From Anaerolineae bacterium (lineage in GTDB: Bacteria; Chloroflexota; Anaerolineae; Anaerolineales; E44-bin32): 57,167 nucleotides of DNA. Position numbers and translations under genes: made by a program. Where the stretch lies: NCBI GenBank assembly GCA_030598885.1, contig JAUVOZ010000001.1, positions 1-57,167 of the forward strand, read 5' to 3'. The notes below the pieces were generated by a model. The model was not told where the DNA came from. It worked only from the letters and a program-made list of their open reading frames with translations, and did no database searches. This document shows, one piece after another, positions 18,583 to 27,844 of the stretch (positions within the stretch are counted from its first letter, which is position 1; every line of letters starts with the position of its first letter).

Positions 18583-19844
18583 AGAAGCCCTCCTCCCATC
18601 CACAAACCCGGGTCGTCATCACCGGTTTGGGTGTCATCACTCCTATCGGAAGCGTATTGGACACCTTCTGGCAAGCATTACTGGATGGCAAGTCCGGGAT
18701 TCGTCGTATCACTCAATTTGACCCCGGAGATCTCCCATGCCAGATTGCTGGTGAAATTCCAGATTTTGATCCTACTGATCATATGCTGGCCAAACACGCG
18801 CGCCGGATGTCTCGTTCTTCTCAACTCGCTCTAGCTACCGCAAAGATAGCTATGGCGGACTCAGAACTACCAAACCCTCTGCCTAACGCTGAGCGGGTTG
18901 GAGTGTACTTTGGAACCGCAATCGGCGGCTTGGAACGGGCAGACCAGGGAATGCAAGTTCTAAGAACCCGAGGGCTGTCCAAGGTGAATCCATTTATCCT
19001 TCCTTCTGCCCTACCTAATATGCCGGCCTTTTTTATTACGCTTGAGTTTGGCGCCCTTGGTCCCAACACCACCATCAGCACGGCCTGTGCCACCGGTACA
19101 CAGGCTATCGGCGAGGCTGCACTTGCTATTAAAGCTGGCCGGGCGGATGTCATTATCACTGGTGCCTCAGAAGCACTAATTCAGGATTTCGCGATTGCTG
19201 GTTTTTCTAAAATGCGCGCTCTTCCCACCAATTTCAATGACGATCCTGAGCGAGCATCACGCCCCTTTGACGCCAAGCGAGAGGGATTCGTCCTTTCCGA
19301 AGGCGCTGCCTGTATGATCTTGGAAAGCATCGAACACGCTCAAGCACGAAATGCCCATATCTACGCCGAGATTTCCGGCTATGCCAGCTCCAGCGATGCA
19401 TTCCACATCGCCGCCCCGGATCCCTCGGCGCGGGGCGCGATCAGAACCATGCAATGGGCGCTCGATGACGCCGGTATCTCTCCCAATCAAGTGTCATATA
19501 TCAACGCCCACGGGACTTCAACACCTGCCAATGATGCTGTCGAGACCCTGGCCATCAAGCGTCTTTTTGGTGATCTGGCCTATCAAATTCCGATCTCATC
19601 AACAAAATCAATGATCGGCCACGCCATGGGCGCTTCGGGTGCGATCGAAGCTGTGGCCTGTGCCCTCTCCATTGAGCATGGCGCCATCCATCCGACGATA
19701 AACTACGAGTATCCTGACCCGGAGCTGGACCTAGACTATGTACCTAACCACTCCAGGGAACTACCGGTGGAATACGCTCTATCGAATTCATTTGGCCTTG
19801 GTGGTCAGAATGCCTGCTTGGTGATCAACCGATTGGAGTTGTAA
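18579..19844 (+). CDS. fabF: beta-ketoacyl-ACP synthase II
   Basis: Active-site Cys in ACATGTQAIG. His motifs HGTSTPANDAVE and SSTKSMIGHAMGASGA. GFGGQNA near the C-terminus. Confidence 0.9.
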   Translation: MKKPSSHPQTRVVITGLGVITPIGSVLDTFWQALLDGKSGIRRITQFDPGDLPCQIAGEIPDFDPTDHMLAKHARRMSRSSQLALATAKIAMADSELPNPLPNAERVGVYFGTAIGGLERADQGMQVLRTRGLSKVNPFILPSALPNMPAFFITLEFGALGPNTTISTACATGTQAIGEAALAIKAGRADVIITGASEALIQDFAIAGFSKMRALPTNFNDDPERASRPFDAKREGFVLSEGAACMILESIEHAQARNAHIYAEISGYASSSDAFHIAAPDPSARGAIRTMQWALDDAGISPNQVSYINAHGTSTPANDAVETLAIKRLFGDLAYQIPISSTKSMIGHAMGASGAIEAVACALSIEHGAIHPTINYEYPDPELDLDYVPNHSRELPVEYALSNSFGLGGQNACLVINRLEL

Positions 19845-20527
19845 TGAGACAGTATATGAACCAGCGCAAGGTCAAACTATATAACAAACTAAGTCAAGCC
19901 ATGATCCTCATCGGCTTAATACTCTTGATAGGCGCCCTTGTGCTCTCCTTCACTCATCCTGAGACTATGAACCAGCTTCTGATAGGGGTTATTGTTGGAA
20001 CACTGGTCTCCCAAGCTGGTCTTGCTTTGAACAACCGTTGGGGCAGGCAGCCACGTATTGACCAGATCTTTGACGGGTCACTAAAAGGCCTCGACAATCG
20101 CTATGCCATATTTCACTATAAGCTAGGCACAAGTCACGCATTGATTTGCCCAGCAGGGGTTTACGCCCTCATACCTCGGCAAGATGATGGGGAAATCACC
20201 TACGCTGAAGGAAAGTGGTGGGAGCAGTTTCGGAAGCGCGGTTTATTCCGCCGATCAGGACGAAAGCGTCTCAACCGAATAGAGGATCACGCCAAAGCGC
20301 AAGCTCGTATAATGCAGCAGTCTATACAAAAAGCCCTACCTGAAACTGATATCTCTGTACGACCAATTCTCGTCTTCATCAGCAAGGATGCATTGGTTAA
20401 GGTTGATCATGCTCCAGTTCTCACTGTTCACATTAAAAAGCTGAAGTCTGTAGTCCGTCGCCTTCCTAAGGTTAAATCGCTAGACGCGGTGGAGATTGAG
20501 CATCTAGCGAAGGCGGTAGGCTTCTAA
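19844..20527 (+). CDS. membrane-anchored NERD-like (nuclease-related domain) protein, catalytic residues apparently degenerate
   Basis: Two N-terminal TM helices. The downstream region follows NERD topology (DNRYAIFHYKL / SHALICPAGVYALIPRQ / WWEQ / NRIEDHAKAQARIMQQ). The usual D-H ... E-x-K positions read S-H ... P-R-Q. The ATG overlaps the fabF stop by 1 nt. Confidence 0.45.
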   Translation: MRQYMNQRKVKLYNKLSQAMILIGLILLIGALVLSFTHPETMNQLLIGVIVGTLVSQAGLALNNRWGRQPRIDQIFDGSLKGLDNRYAIFHYKLGTSHALICPAGVYALIPRQDDGEITYAEGKWWEQFRKRGLFRRSGRKRLNRIEDHAKAQARIMQQSIQKALPETDISVRPILVFISKDALVKVDHAPVLTVHIKKLKSVVRRLPKVKSLDAVEIEHLAKAVGF

Positions 20528-20597
20528 CTTTTAGAGATCGCTCCGTTCATTGCCTCGGTAAAGTAGAACAACATGATTAATTTCGGGGAGGATAAGT

Positions 20598-21896
20598 GTG
20601 AAGAAGAGCTCAAAAACCCGACAAAATCCCGCATTACAAACTGGGTCTGATCATAATCTACGCCGAGCAGTTATCACCGGGATAAGCGCCATCACACCAG
20701 TTGGTCACTCAGTGTCAGAGACCTGGGAGGCTCTTAAAGCTGGCATTTCGGGTGCAGCACGAATCACATTACTCGATGCCAGTCCGTATCCGTGTCAAAT
20801 CGGTTGTGAATTAAAGGATTTTCACCCTGAACAATATATTCCCCACAAGAAGATTCGGCATATGGCAATTTCCAGCCAATTGGCGGTCATCGCTGCCGGG
20901 CAAGCGATCGACGATGCAGGACTTGATCTTGAAACAATGGATCGTGATCGAATTGGCGTAATCATCGGAACTGCTGGAGGAAGTACCGTTGGTGAAGTGG
21001 AGCAAGCTACCCACCAGCTACTCTCAGAGAGATCTCGCAAGCTGTCTCCTTTTCAGATACTACGGTTCTGGCCGAACATGCCAGCATTTTTCATCGCTGA
21101 AAGATACAACTTCCGAGGATACAATAACACTATTGTCACCGCCTGCGCTTCAGGCTCTCAGGCCATTGGGGACGCGGCTAGAATGATTCAATACGGCAAA
21201 GCAGAAGTCATATTGGCTGGCGGTACTGAACACCTGGTTTCAGAAACGACCCTGGCGGGTTTTACTGCTATGCGAGCGTTATCCACAAGCTGGAACAACG
21301 AACCAGAAAAAGCCATGCGTCCATTTGACGCAAATCGAGATGGATTTATCCCTGCAGCCGGAAGCGCAGTTCTTATTATCGAGGATTTTGAACATGCGAG
21401 AGCACGTGATGCTCATATCTATGCTGAGGTTCTTGGGTCTGGTGTATCCAACGACGCTTATAATATGATTATCCCCGACCCTGAGGGAGATGGGGCAGCA
21501 TTAGCCATTCATCGAGCGTTGGAAGATGCTAATGTTGCAATTGATGAAATTGACTATATCAACGCTCACGGAACCTCCACTCCCCTTGGTGATCTATCTG
21601 AAACCAAAGCCATTAAATCGGTCTTTGGAAACCGTGCATATGATATTCCAATCAGCTCGACTAAATCAATGATCGGCCACTTGATGGGAGCTTCCGGAGC
21701 AGTTGAAGCCGTCGTCTGCATCATGACAATGATCGAGGGAATTATTCACCCGACAATTAATTTGGATACACCTGATCCAGACTGCGATCTTGATTACGTT
21801 CCCAATGAAGCTCTAGAGATGAAGGTTAACGTCGTTTTATCCAACTCCTTCGGCTTAGGGGGTCAGAACGCCTGCTTGATTCTAGGTCGGTTATAA
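20598..21896 (+). CDS. beta-ketoacyl-ACP synthase II paralog (second tandem KAS)
   Basis: ACASGSQAIG (Cys retained), HGTSTPLGDLSE and SSTKSMIGHLMGASGA. It has a longer N-terminus than the first copy. GTG start after GGGGAGG. Confidence 0.85.
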   Translation: MKKSSKTRQNPALQTGSDHNLRRAVITGISAITPVGHSVSETWEALKAGISGAARITLLDASPYPCQIGCELKDFHPEQYIPHKKIRHMAISSQLAVIAAGQAIDDAGLDLETMDRDRIGVIIGTAGGSTVGEVEQATHQLLSERSRKLSPFQILRFWPNMPAFFIAERYNFRGYNNTIVTACASGSQAIGDAARMIQYGKAEVILAGGTEHLVSETTLAGFTAMRALSTSWNNEPEKAMRPFDANRDGFIPAAGSAVLIIEDFEHARARDAHIYAEVLGSGVSNDAYNMIIPDPEGDGAALAIHRALEDANVAIDEIDYINAHGTSTPLGDLSETKAIKSVFGNRAYDIPISSTKSMIGHLMGASGAVEAVVCIMTMIEGIIHPTINLDTPDPDCDLDYVPNEALEMKVNVVLSNSFGLGGQNACLILGRL

Positions 21897-22014
21897 GCCT
21901 GAAGTCCATCACCCTGAATTTTAAATATTCGCCTTCGGCATTATTCATTACAGTCAATGGTTGTTAGTTCAAAGGGTAGTAATTGGTCCAATCGGAAGAG
22001 TAGAAGAATACATA

Positions 22015-22052
22015 CAGGGCGTCGGTGTCACTACCAACGCCCTGTTTTGTTT
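22015..22052 (+). terminator. rho-independent terminator between convergent fabF-paralog and SPFH genes
   Basis: CAGGGCGTCGG ... CCAACGCCCTG stem followed by TTTTGTTT. Confidence 0.65.
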
Positions 22053-22071
22053 GAAGCGGTAGATAGCTTCC

Positions 22072-23106
22072 TTAGCTGTTCAAGAATTCGTCCAGTGCTT
22101 CTTTACTGATTCGATAAGCCTTGCCAATCTTCTTGGCTTTTAGTTCACCGGCTTTGATGGAAGCTATCACATCCTCCTCTGCCACCTTTAGATACGTCGC
22201 CGCTTCTGAGGGTGTCATCACTGATGGAGGTTCTTTTCCTGCCGGTGCCCCAGCATCTCCCTTACCAGTCTGTCGTAGTGCATCAGATAGTACGTTGCCA
22301 ATTCCCAATCCAGCACCGATGCCTGCGGTCAATCCAGCACCACCGGAGGGGTTCTGGGCCGCGTCTCGCATGGCATCCGCAGCCTGTAGGCGAGTGTAGG
22401 TGTCCATATCGAGCATACCCATCGCCCGCAACTCCTCGGCTGACTTGTCGGAGGGTTTTAGGCTCTCGATGTAGAAGGACTTTAGAGTTAAGCCCAACGC
22501 CTTGAAGTCGTCCAGAGCCTTGGCTCGCACCCCGGTCCCTAGCTCCTCTACTAACCCAATTAACTCGGCAACATTTTTGGCTTCGGTCGTCTCCCCTAAC
22601 AGATCTTGCAGCTTAGAGAGCAACATCGACCGCATACGATTTTTAATATCCCGAGTGGAGTATGTGGCGGTAGCTCCAACAATCTGGGTTACAAATTGCT
22701 GCGGGTCAGAGACCTGAAAACTATAGGTGCCAAAACCCTGCAACAGTGCCACCCCAAGACCCATCCCAGGGTTGCGCACTAAGATAGGCTGAGGTGTTCC
22801 CCACTTCTGCTCAGGGAATTCGCGCATCGAGACGAAGTACACTTCCGCCGTAAATGGCGAGCGATCGTTGAAAGCCTTACCAATTAGGTCGATTAAAAAC
22901 GGAATGTTGGCTGTAGTGATTGTATGGCGGCCCGGTCCGAAGTTGTCAAGCGCCTTACCGTCTCTGAAGAATACGGCTGACTGCGCCTCCCGCACGATCA
23001 CCTGACTACCGAGGCGGAAATCGCCCGCGCCGGTCTCGGGAAAACGGTGCACTATTTCATCCCGCATCTCATCCGCATATTCAACAACATCGAAAATTCT
23101 TGCCAT
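22072..23106 (-). CDS. SPFH/band-7 (stomatin-prohibitin) domain protein with C-terminal excisionase/MerR-type helix-turn-helix
   Basis: The N-terminal roughly 250 aa look SPFH-like. The C-terminus TPSEAATYLKVAEEDVIASIKAGELKAKKIGKAYRISKEALDEFL matches the HTH_17 (excisionase family) pattern. Confidence 0.55.
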   Translation of the reverse strand: MARIFDVVEYADEMRDEIVHRFPETGAGDFRLGSQVIVREAQSAVFFRDGKALDNFGPGRHTITTANIPFLIDLIGKAFNDRSPFTAEVYFVSMREFPEQKWGTPQPILVRNPGMGLGVALLQGFGTYSFQVSDPQQFVTQIVGATATYSTRDIKNRMRSMLLSKLQDLLGETTEAKNVAELIGLVEELGTGVRAKALDDFKALGLTLKSFYIESLKPSDKSAEELRAMGMLDMDTYTRLQAADAMRDAAQNPSGGAGLTAGIGAGLGIGNVLSDALRQTGKGDAGAPAGKEPPSVMTPSEAATYLKVAEEDVIASIKAGELKAKKIGKAYRISKEALDEFLNS

Positions 23107-23129
23107 GGTTATCTCTCCTCGTTTTTATC

Positions 23130-23651
23130 CTACGCGCTGGTGGCGAGGATAACTTCTTCGCGCCGGTTATAAGTATCTATCGTTTCCTGACTCAGGCTTA
23201 CCAGGTGCCGTATCGCGGCTGGCAGCCCATCGGTACCAAACGAGGCAGCTACGTTATCTACCGCATCGGTTAGCTTCTGAACCCCTTCAAGCAACGCGAT
23301 GTCATACTCGTATATCCGCTCAAGTTCTTCACTATGGACACGAACTGCATCGAAGAAACCCGCATATCCGTATGAGGCTCCTTTAGTACGATCGATGAAG
23401 GCGCGCAGTTTGATAGCCGAAGCCTCAAGATCATCCACCAGTTCAAGCTTCCCTTCAGAAATAAGTTGGCGCTGCAATTCTGAAATCCTGCTCCACACCT
23501 CCTCATATCGTTGAGCTGTAGTCTCCCGGAGAATCTTATCGGCTTCTCTTCGATTCTCTCTATCTACATAGCCTACAAATCCGGCGATAAAGTTACGGAT
23601 TTTGCCGATAAGGTCTTTACCTTCGGTTATCTTGCCGAGCGGATCGCTCAT
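23130..23651 (-). CDS. hypothetical coiled-coil protein, co-transcribed upstream of the SPFH gene
   Basis: 173 aa, predicted helical and charged. 23-nt gap to the SPFH start. Confidence 0.45.
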   Translation of the reverse strand: MSDPLGKITEGKDLIGKIRNFIAGFVGYVDRENRREADKILRETTAQRYEEVWSRISELQRQLISEGKLELVDDLEASAIKLRAFIDRTKGASYGYAGFFDAVRVHSEELERIYEYDIALLEGVQKLTDAVDNVAASFGTDGLPAAIRHLVSLSQETIDTYNRREEVILATSA

Positions 23652-23876
23652 TATTCACTCCTTCTTTTCTTAAAATCATCGTTCATCATTCTATTGGATT
23701 ATAACCGTTCCACATACCGCAAGCAAACTTTTATCTGACCCTAGGCTGACAGACTGCAGAAACTGTTTTGCATAGGAGTATAATCTGTAGCGTGCTGGGA
23801 TAAACCGAATAGAAGTTCCTGGTCAGCTGCCACGGAGCTTGATGGATGTGGGTTTGGGTGATTAAGGTCATTTGAT

Positions 23877-24380
23877 ATGTCGCTCGCCGGTCAACGCGCA
23901 CAACTGCATCGTTATACACTTATCCCGCGCACTCTTTCCTTCCTTCTTCGCGACGACAAGGTTCTCCTTCTTCGCTTGCCTGAGGGACATGGAGCTTGGA
24001 GTGGTCTTTTCAACGGCGTAGGGGGTCACATCGAGCAAGGAGAGGATCCGCTTAGCTCTGCTCGCAGGGAAATCTGGGAAGAAACTGGACTAACCCCTGA
24101 ACGTCTACTCCTCAGTGGCGTGGTGATTGTTGACACGGGAGAACGTCCTGGCATTGGGCTATATGTATTCGTTGGTGAAGCAAAGAGTGAAGACCTTCAA
24201 CCAGGCCCAGAAGGATCTCCCATGTGGATCGCACAGTGTGATCTGGAGAAGCTTCCCATGATTGAGGACTTACCTCTCCTCCTTCCCAGAGCGATTGCCA
24301 GCTACGGTGGTTCTGCACCTTTCTCCGCAGTCTATACATACAACCACGCTGGAGAGCTCACGATTAGGTTCGAAGAATGA
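23877..24380 (+). CDS. NUDIX hydrolase
   Basis: Nudix box GGHIEQGEDPLSSARREIWEETGL. Confidence 0.8.
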   Translation: MSLAGQRAQLHRYTLIPRTLSFLLRDDKVLLLRLPEGHGAWSGLFNGVGGHIEQGEDPLSSARREIWEETGLTPERLLLSGVVIVDTGERPGIGLYVFVGEAKSEDLQPGPEGSPMWIAQCDLEKLPMIEDLPLLLPRAIASYGGSAPFSAVYTYNHAGELTIRFEE

Positions 24381-25267
24381 ACCCCATTAAACCTAACTCC
24401 TTCCGTATGTATCTGCCGTGGCACGGCTGGGTCGGCGTGGTCATCATGGTCACCAGCCAGCTGCTTCTTTATATGGGTAACAGGTTTGTTGCCAACTGGC
24501 TGACACCTATGATGTGGACAGGGTACATCATTGCAGTTGATGGGTTGGTCTATCGATTGCAGGGTGAATCCTGGTTAACCACTCGTCGTCGAGAGTTTCC
24601 TTTACTCGTTCTTGTCTCGGTAGGCGTCTGGCTAATTTTCGAGGTCTACAACTTCCACCTGCAAAATTGGCTCTATCAGGTGCTGCCTACTAACCCACTC
24701 GTTCGGAATATTGCTTACTTCTGGTCCTTCTCAACAATAATGCCCGGTGTCTTTGAAACAGCTAACCTGGTTGAGATACTCCTAAACCAGCGCCGCGGCG
24801 CAGAACACAAATGGCCAAGGAAATCTGGTATCGGTCCTTCCTGGGCATGGTTCATAACCGGAATTTCTTTTATTACGATTCCTTTAGCTCTTCCCATCCA
24901 TATTGCCACCCACCTCTTTGGATTCGTCTGGATCGGTTTCTTCCTTCTTTTGGACCCAATTAATGAGAGGCTGGGTTCACCCTCGCTGCGCGTAAAGATG
25001 CGTTTCGGGAATAGAATCCCTGTCATTGCTCTTTTAATCAGCGGTATGATCTGTGGTTTCTTATGGGAAACATGGAACTACCAGGCTTATCTAGCAGATG
25101 GCGGCCATTGGGTTTACACCATCCCCGAGTCTCTGCGTATCTTTGGTTGGCACTTCGGTAAGATGCCTGTTTTAGGGCTTCTTGGCTTTCCTCTTTTTGC
25201 GCTAGAGTTATTTGCTTTCTATAATCTGATACGGGAAATGTTGGGAGGGAAAAGGGTCTTTGAATAA
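24377..25267 (+). CDS. integral membrane protein, unknown function (Trp-rich, about 8 TM)
   Basis: The start overlaps the NUDIX stop (ATGA). Multiple hydrophobic helices. No motif recognised. Confidence 0.5.
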   Translation: MNPIKPNSFRMYLPWHGWVGVVIMVTSQLLLYMGNRFVANWLTPMMWTGYIIAVDGLVYRLQGESWLTTRRREFPLLVLVSVGVWLIFEVYNFHLQNWLYQVLPTNPLVRNIAYFWSFSTIMPGVFETANLVEILLNQRRGAEHKWPRKSGIGPSWAWFITGISFITIPLALPIHIATHLFGFVWIGFFLLLDPINERLGSPSLRVKMRFGNRIPVIALLISGMICGFLWETWNYQAYLADGGHWVYTIPESLRIFGWHFGKMPVLGLLGFPLFALELFAFYNLIREMLGGKRVFE

Positions 25268-25300
25268 TACAATAATCAGTTTTGCTAACTAATTATACGT

Positions 25301-25864
25301 TTACTCCTCCACATGTTTGTAAAAAACTAGCAACGTGTTTCCGTAACGTCGCTGTTCAAACTCGAACAGCTCTCTTAGTGACAAGACCTCATACTCTTTG
25401 GGGTGTATTTGTGCGATCACCCAACCATCCCGATTAAGCCATCCTAACGTTCCATCAATCACTACCACCGCTTTAGACCACAGATGAGCGTATTGCGGGG
25501 GAGCGATGTATATGTAATCGAATGATGCCTGAGGTTCTCTGGCTAAGTATTTAAAAGCATCTATCCGTTGGATATCTGCTCTTTGACTCAAACGAGTCAG
25601 GGTAAGGTTTTCTTGTATGGTTTTTACCGCACTTTTGCTTGTATCGATAAAAACCGCCCGTTCTGCTCCTCGGCTAAGCGCTTCAATTCCAACACTTCCC
25701 GTTCCTGCGAAGAGATCAAGCCAACGCGATTCTCTTACGTCGTTCCCAAGGATATTAAACAATGCTTCCTTTACCCGATCAGATATCGGTCGTGTCCCAC
25801 CTCCTGATACCATGCGAAGCTTGCGACCTTTCGCTTCTCCAGCAATAACCCTTATCTTAGCCAC
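25301..25864 (-). CDS. rsmD: 16S rRNA (guanine966-N2)-methyltransferase RsmD-like
   Basis: SAM-binding LDLFAGTGSVGIEALSRGA. Size and pattern match the RsmD family. Confidence 0.65.
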   Translation of the reverse strand: MAKIRVIAGEAKGRKLRMVSGGGTRPISDRVKEALFNILGNDVRESRWLDLFAGTGSVGIEALSRGAERAVFIDTSKSAVKTIQENLTLTRLSQRADIQRIDAFKYLAREPQASFDYIYIAPPQYAHLWSKAVVVIDGTLGWLNRDGWVIAQIHPKEYEVLSLRELFEFEQRRYGNTLLVFYKHVEE

Positions 25865-25935
25865 AATACCTACCTGCGCATAGCCTCTTTTGTTTTTTTG
25901 CTTAAATGAAGGTTAGAATTCAATCGCATATATGG

Positions 25936-26916
25936 CTATGCGAAATCGGCACAAGCTCTGGCCGCTTTTAGGTTCGCTCTAGGCGCGATCACCGGCACCA
26001 CACAACCTGTGCCTAATATCAAGCCCTGACCATTTAAAGATTCGATAGCCTCAGTTGCCTCGATCCTTACAGTCTCTGGATCACCTAAAGAAAGTGTCTC
26101 ACGACTTATACCGCCACAAACAGCCGCACTTATTCTACATTTACCAGCAGCAAGATCTGGTAGAGTCTCTCGGTCATGCCAATTAACTACATGCACTGTG
26201 TAAATCTCCGCTAGATCAAACATTAAGGCATCACCGTGTAGATGAAGTACGTTCAACCACAGGCTACCGGCGGCGTCTATGATTCTCTGGTCATAGATCT
26301 CACCATTTTTTGCATATCCCTGGCGATCGAAAATATTGAAACTCGCGTGTTGGATAGCATAGAAAATCCCATCGATACCCCGAGACTGGGCAGCCGTCAC
26401 GAAAGCAATAGTGCTTTTAGTAATGGTTTCCAAACCAGTTCGGAACTTTTCAGGATCTCGGTTGAGATGTGCAAGCATCTTATCCTGACCAGCGAGATTC
26501 TTTGCCTGGGCCAACGGACTGAATATCGTTTGGATTATCGGTATGTCCTGGCCAACCAGTTCTCTTATCAATTCAAGACAGCGTAATTGACGCGCTAGGC
26601 TTCCCGATTCGGGATCAAGCACATTAAGCCGGCCCCAATCATCTGAATCGTGTATCACCCGTCGCGTATATTCCCGGGTACCCTCGGGATTACCCCGCCA
26701 ATCATCTTCCACACCCCAATCACGCAAACAGAATGATGAGGCCGGGGTCACCTTGATAAAGTCGAAATCATACATTCTCTGGAATTCCGCATGCGCCTCC
26801 GCCAGGGTCGATGGGTCTTGATCATCCACCGGGAAGTGACGCCAAAGGGCGACTGGCGGTCTATCAGCTATGTCACCGTTTATCGCCGCCTCAAGTCTTT
26901 CCCTCTTAGTAGTCAT
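25936..26916 (-). CDS. uroporphyrinogen decarboxylase (URO-D) family protein (MtaA/HemE-like)
   Basis: URO-D-fold pattern throughout. 326 aa. Confidence 0.55.
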   Translation of the reverse strand: MTTKRERLEAAINGDIADRPPVALWRHFPVDDQDPSTLAEAHAEFQRMYDFDFIKVTPASSFCLRDWGVEDDWRGNPEGTREYTRRVIHDSDDWGRLNVLDPESGSLARQLRCLELIRELVGQDIPIIQTIFSPLAQAKNLAGQDKMLAHLNRDPEKFRTGLETITKSTIAFVTAAQSRGIDGIFYAIQHASFNIFDRQGYAKNGEIYDQRIIDAAGSLWLNVLHLHGDALMFDLAEIYTVHVVNWHDRETLPDLAAGKCRISAAVCGGISRETLSLGDPETVRIEATEAIESLNGQGLILGTGCVVPVIAPRANLKAARACADFA

Positions 26917-26980
26917 ACAACCCCTCTCATTTACCCCATCAAAATCCGTGAATATGTAGGAACGATATCCAGGTGTGAAT

Positions 26981-27844
26981 TTATTTCAGGAAGTCGGCAA
27001 TGTTTTCTGGGTATTCCACTACCGAAACCCCTGCAGATTCCAACGCAGCTATCTTGTCTGATGCCAAGCCGGCGCCACCTTCTACAATAGCCCCAGCATG
27101 ACCCATTCGTTTTCCAGGTGGTGCTGTACGTCCGGCGATGAAGGCGATTACCGGTTTGGTTATATGGTCACTGATATACTCCGCGGCTTGCTCCTCTTCA
27201 GTGCCACCAATTTCCCCAATTAGCACAATCTTATCCGTGTGGGCATCCACCTCAAACATCCCTAAGACATCAATAAACGATGTTCCATAAATTGGATCCC
27301 CACCTATTCCTACACAGGTTGAAACCCCTATCGCTTGAAGTTTCAGAGCGTAGAGCACCTCATATGTCAGCGTTCCTGATCGTGATACCACACCGATGTT
27401 GCCCGGTTGAGTAATATGCCCAGGTATGATCCCTACCTTGCACTCCCCAGGTGATAGCATACCCGGTGAATTTGGACCAATAAGTCTCGAGCCTTGTTGA
27501 TTTAAATATTGTCGGACTTTCATCATATCTCGAATTGGGATGCCCTCAGTGATGCACACGATTAGAGTTAGTCCCGCATCGACTGCCTCTAACACAGCAT
27601 CATGTGCGAACCTCGCCGGCACGAAGATCACACTTGTGTTAGCACCAGTAATCTCAATTGCATGGTGGACGGTATCAAAAACCGGCACTTTCCCCTCAAG
27701 AACCCACTCACCGCCTTTTCCCGGGGTTACACCAGCTACAACCTGGGTCCCATACTCCATCATACGCGATGTATGGAAAATTCCCTCCCGTCCAGTAATC
27801 CCTTGTACGATTAACCGTGTATCTTTATTTATCAGGATGCTCAT
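26981..27844 (-). CDS. sucD: succinyl-CoA synthetase alpha subunit
   Basis: [21 protein letters not shown]. Phosphohistidine loop GHAGAI. CoA-binding pattern. Confidence 0.92.
   Translation of the reverse strand: MSILINKDTRLIVQGITGREGIFHTSRMMEYGTQVVAGVTPGKGGEWVLEGKVPVFDTVHHAIEITGANTSVIFVPARFAHDAVLEAVDAGLTLIVCITEGIPIRDMMKVRQYLNQQGSRLIGPNSPGMLSPGECKVGIIPGHITQPGNIGVVSRSGTLTYEVLYALKLQAIGVSTCVGIGGDPIYGTSFIDVLGMFEVDAHTDKIVLIGEIGGTEEEQAAEYISDHITKPVIAFIAGRTAPPGKRMGHAGAIVEGGAGLASDKIAALESAGVSVVEYPENIADFLK

Noticed and set aside
18045-18674. 209-aa ORF antisense to plsX/fabF junction
   Set aside because: Antisense to two well-supported genes. Low-complexity Ser/Ala/Pro composition.
20598-21896. Interpreting the second KAS as a polyketide chain-length factor (KSbeta)
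   Set aside because: The active-site Cys (ACASGSQ) and both His motifs are retained, unlike CLFs, where Cys is replaced by Gln.
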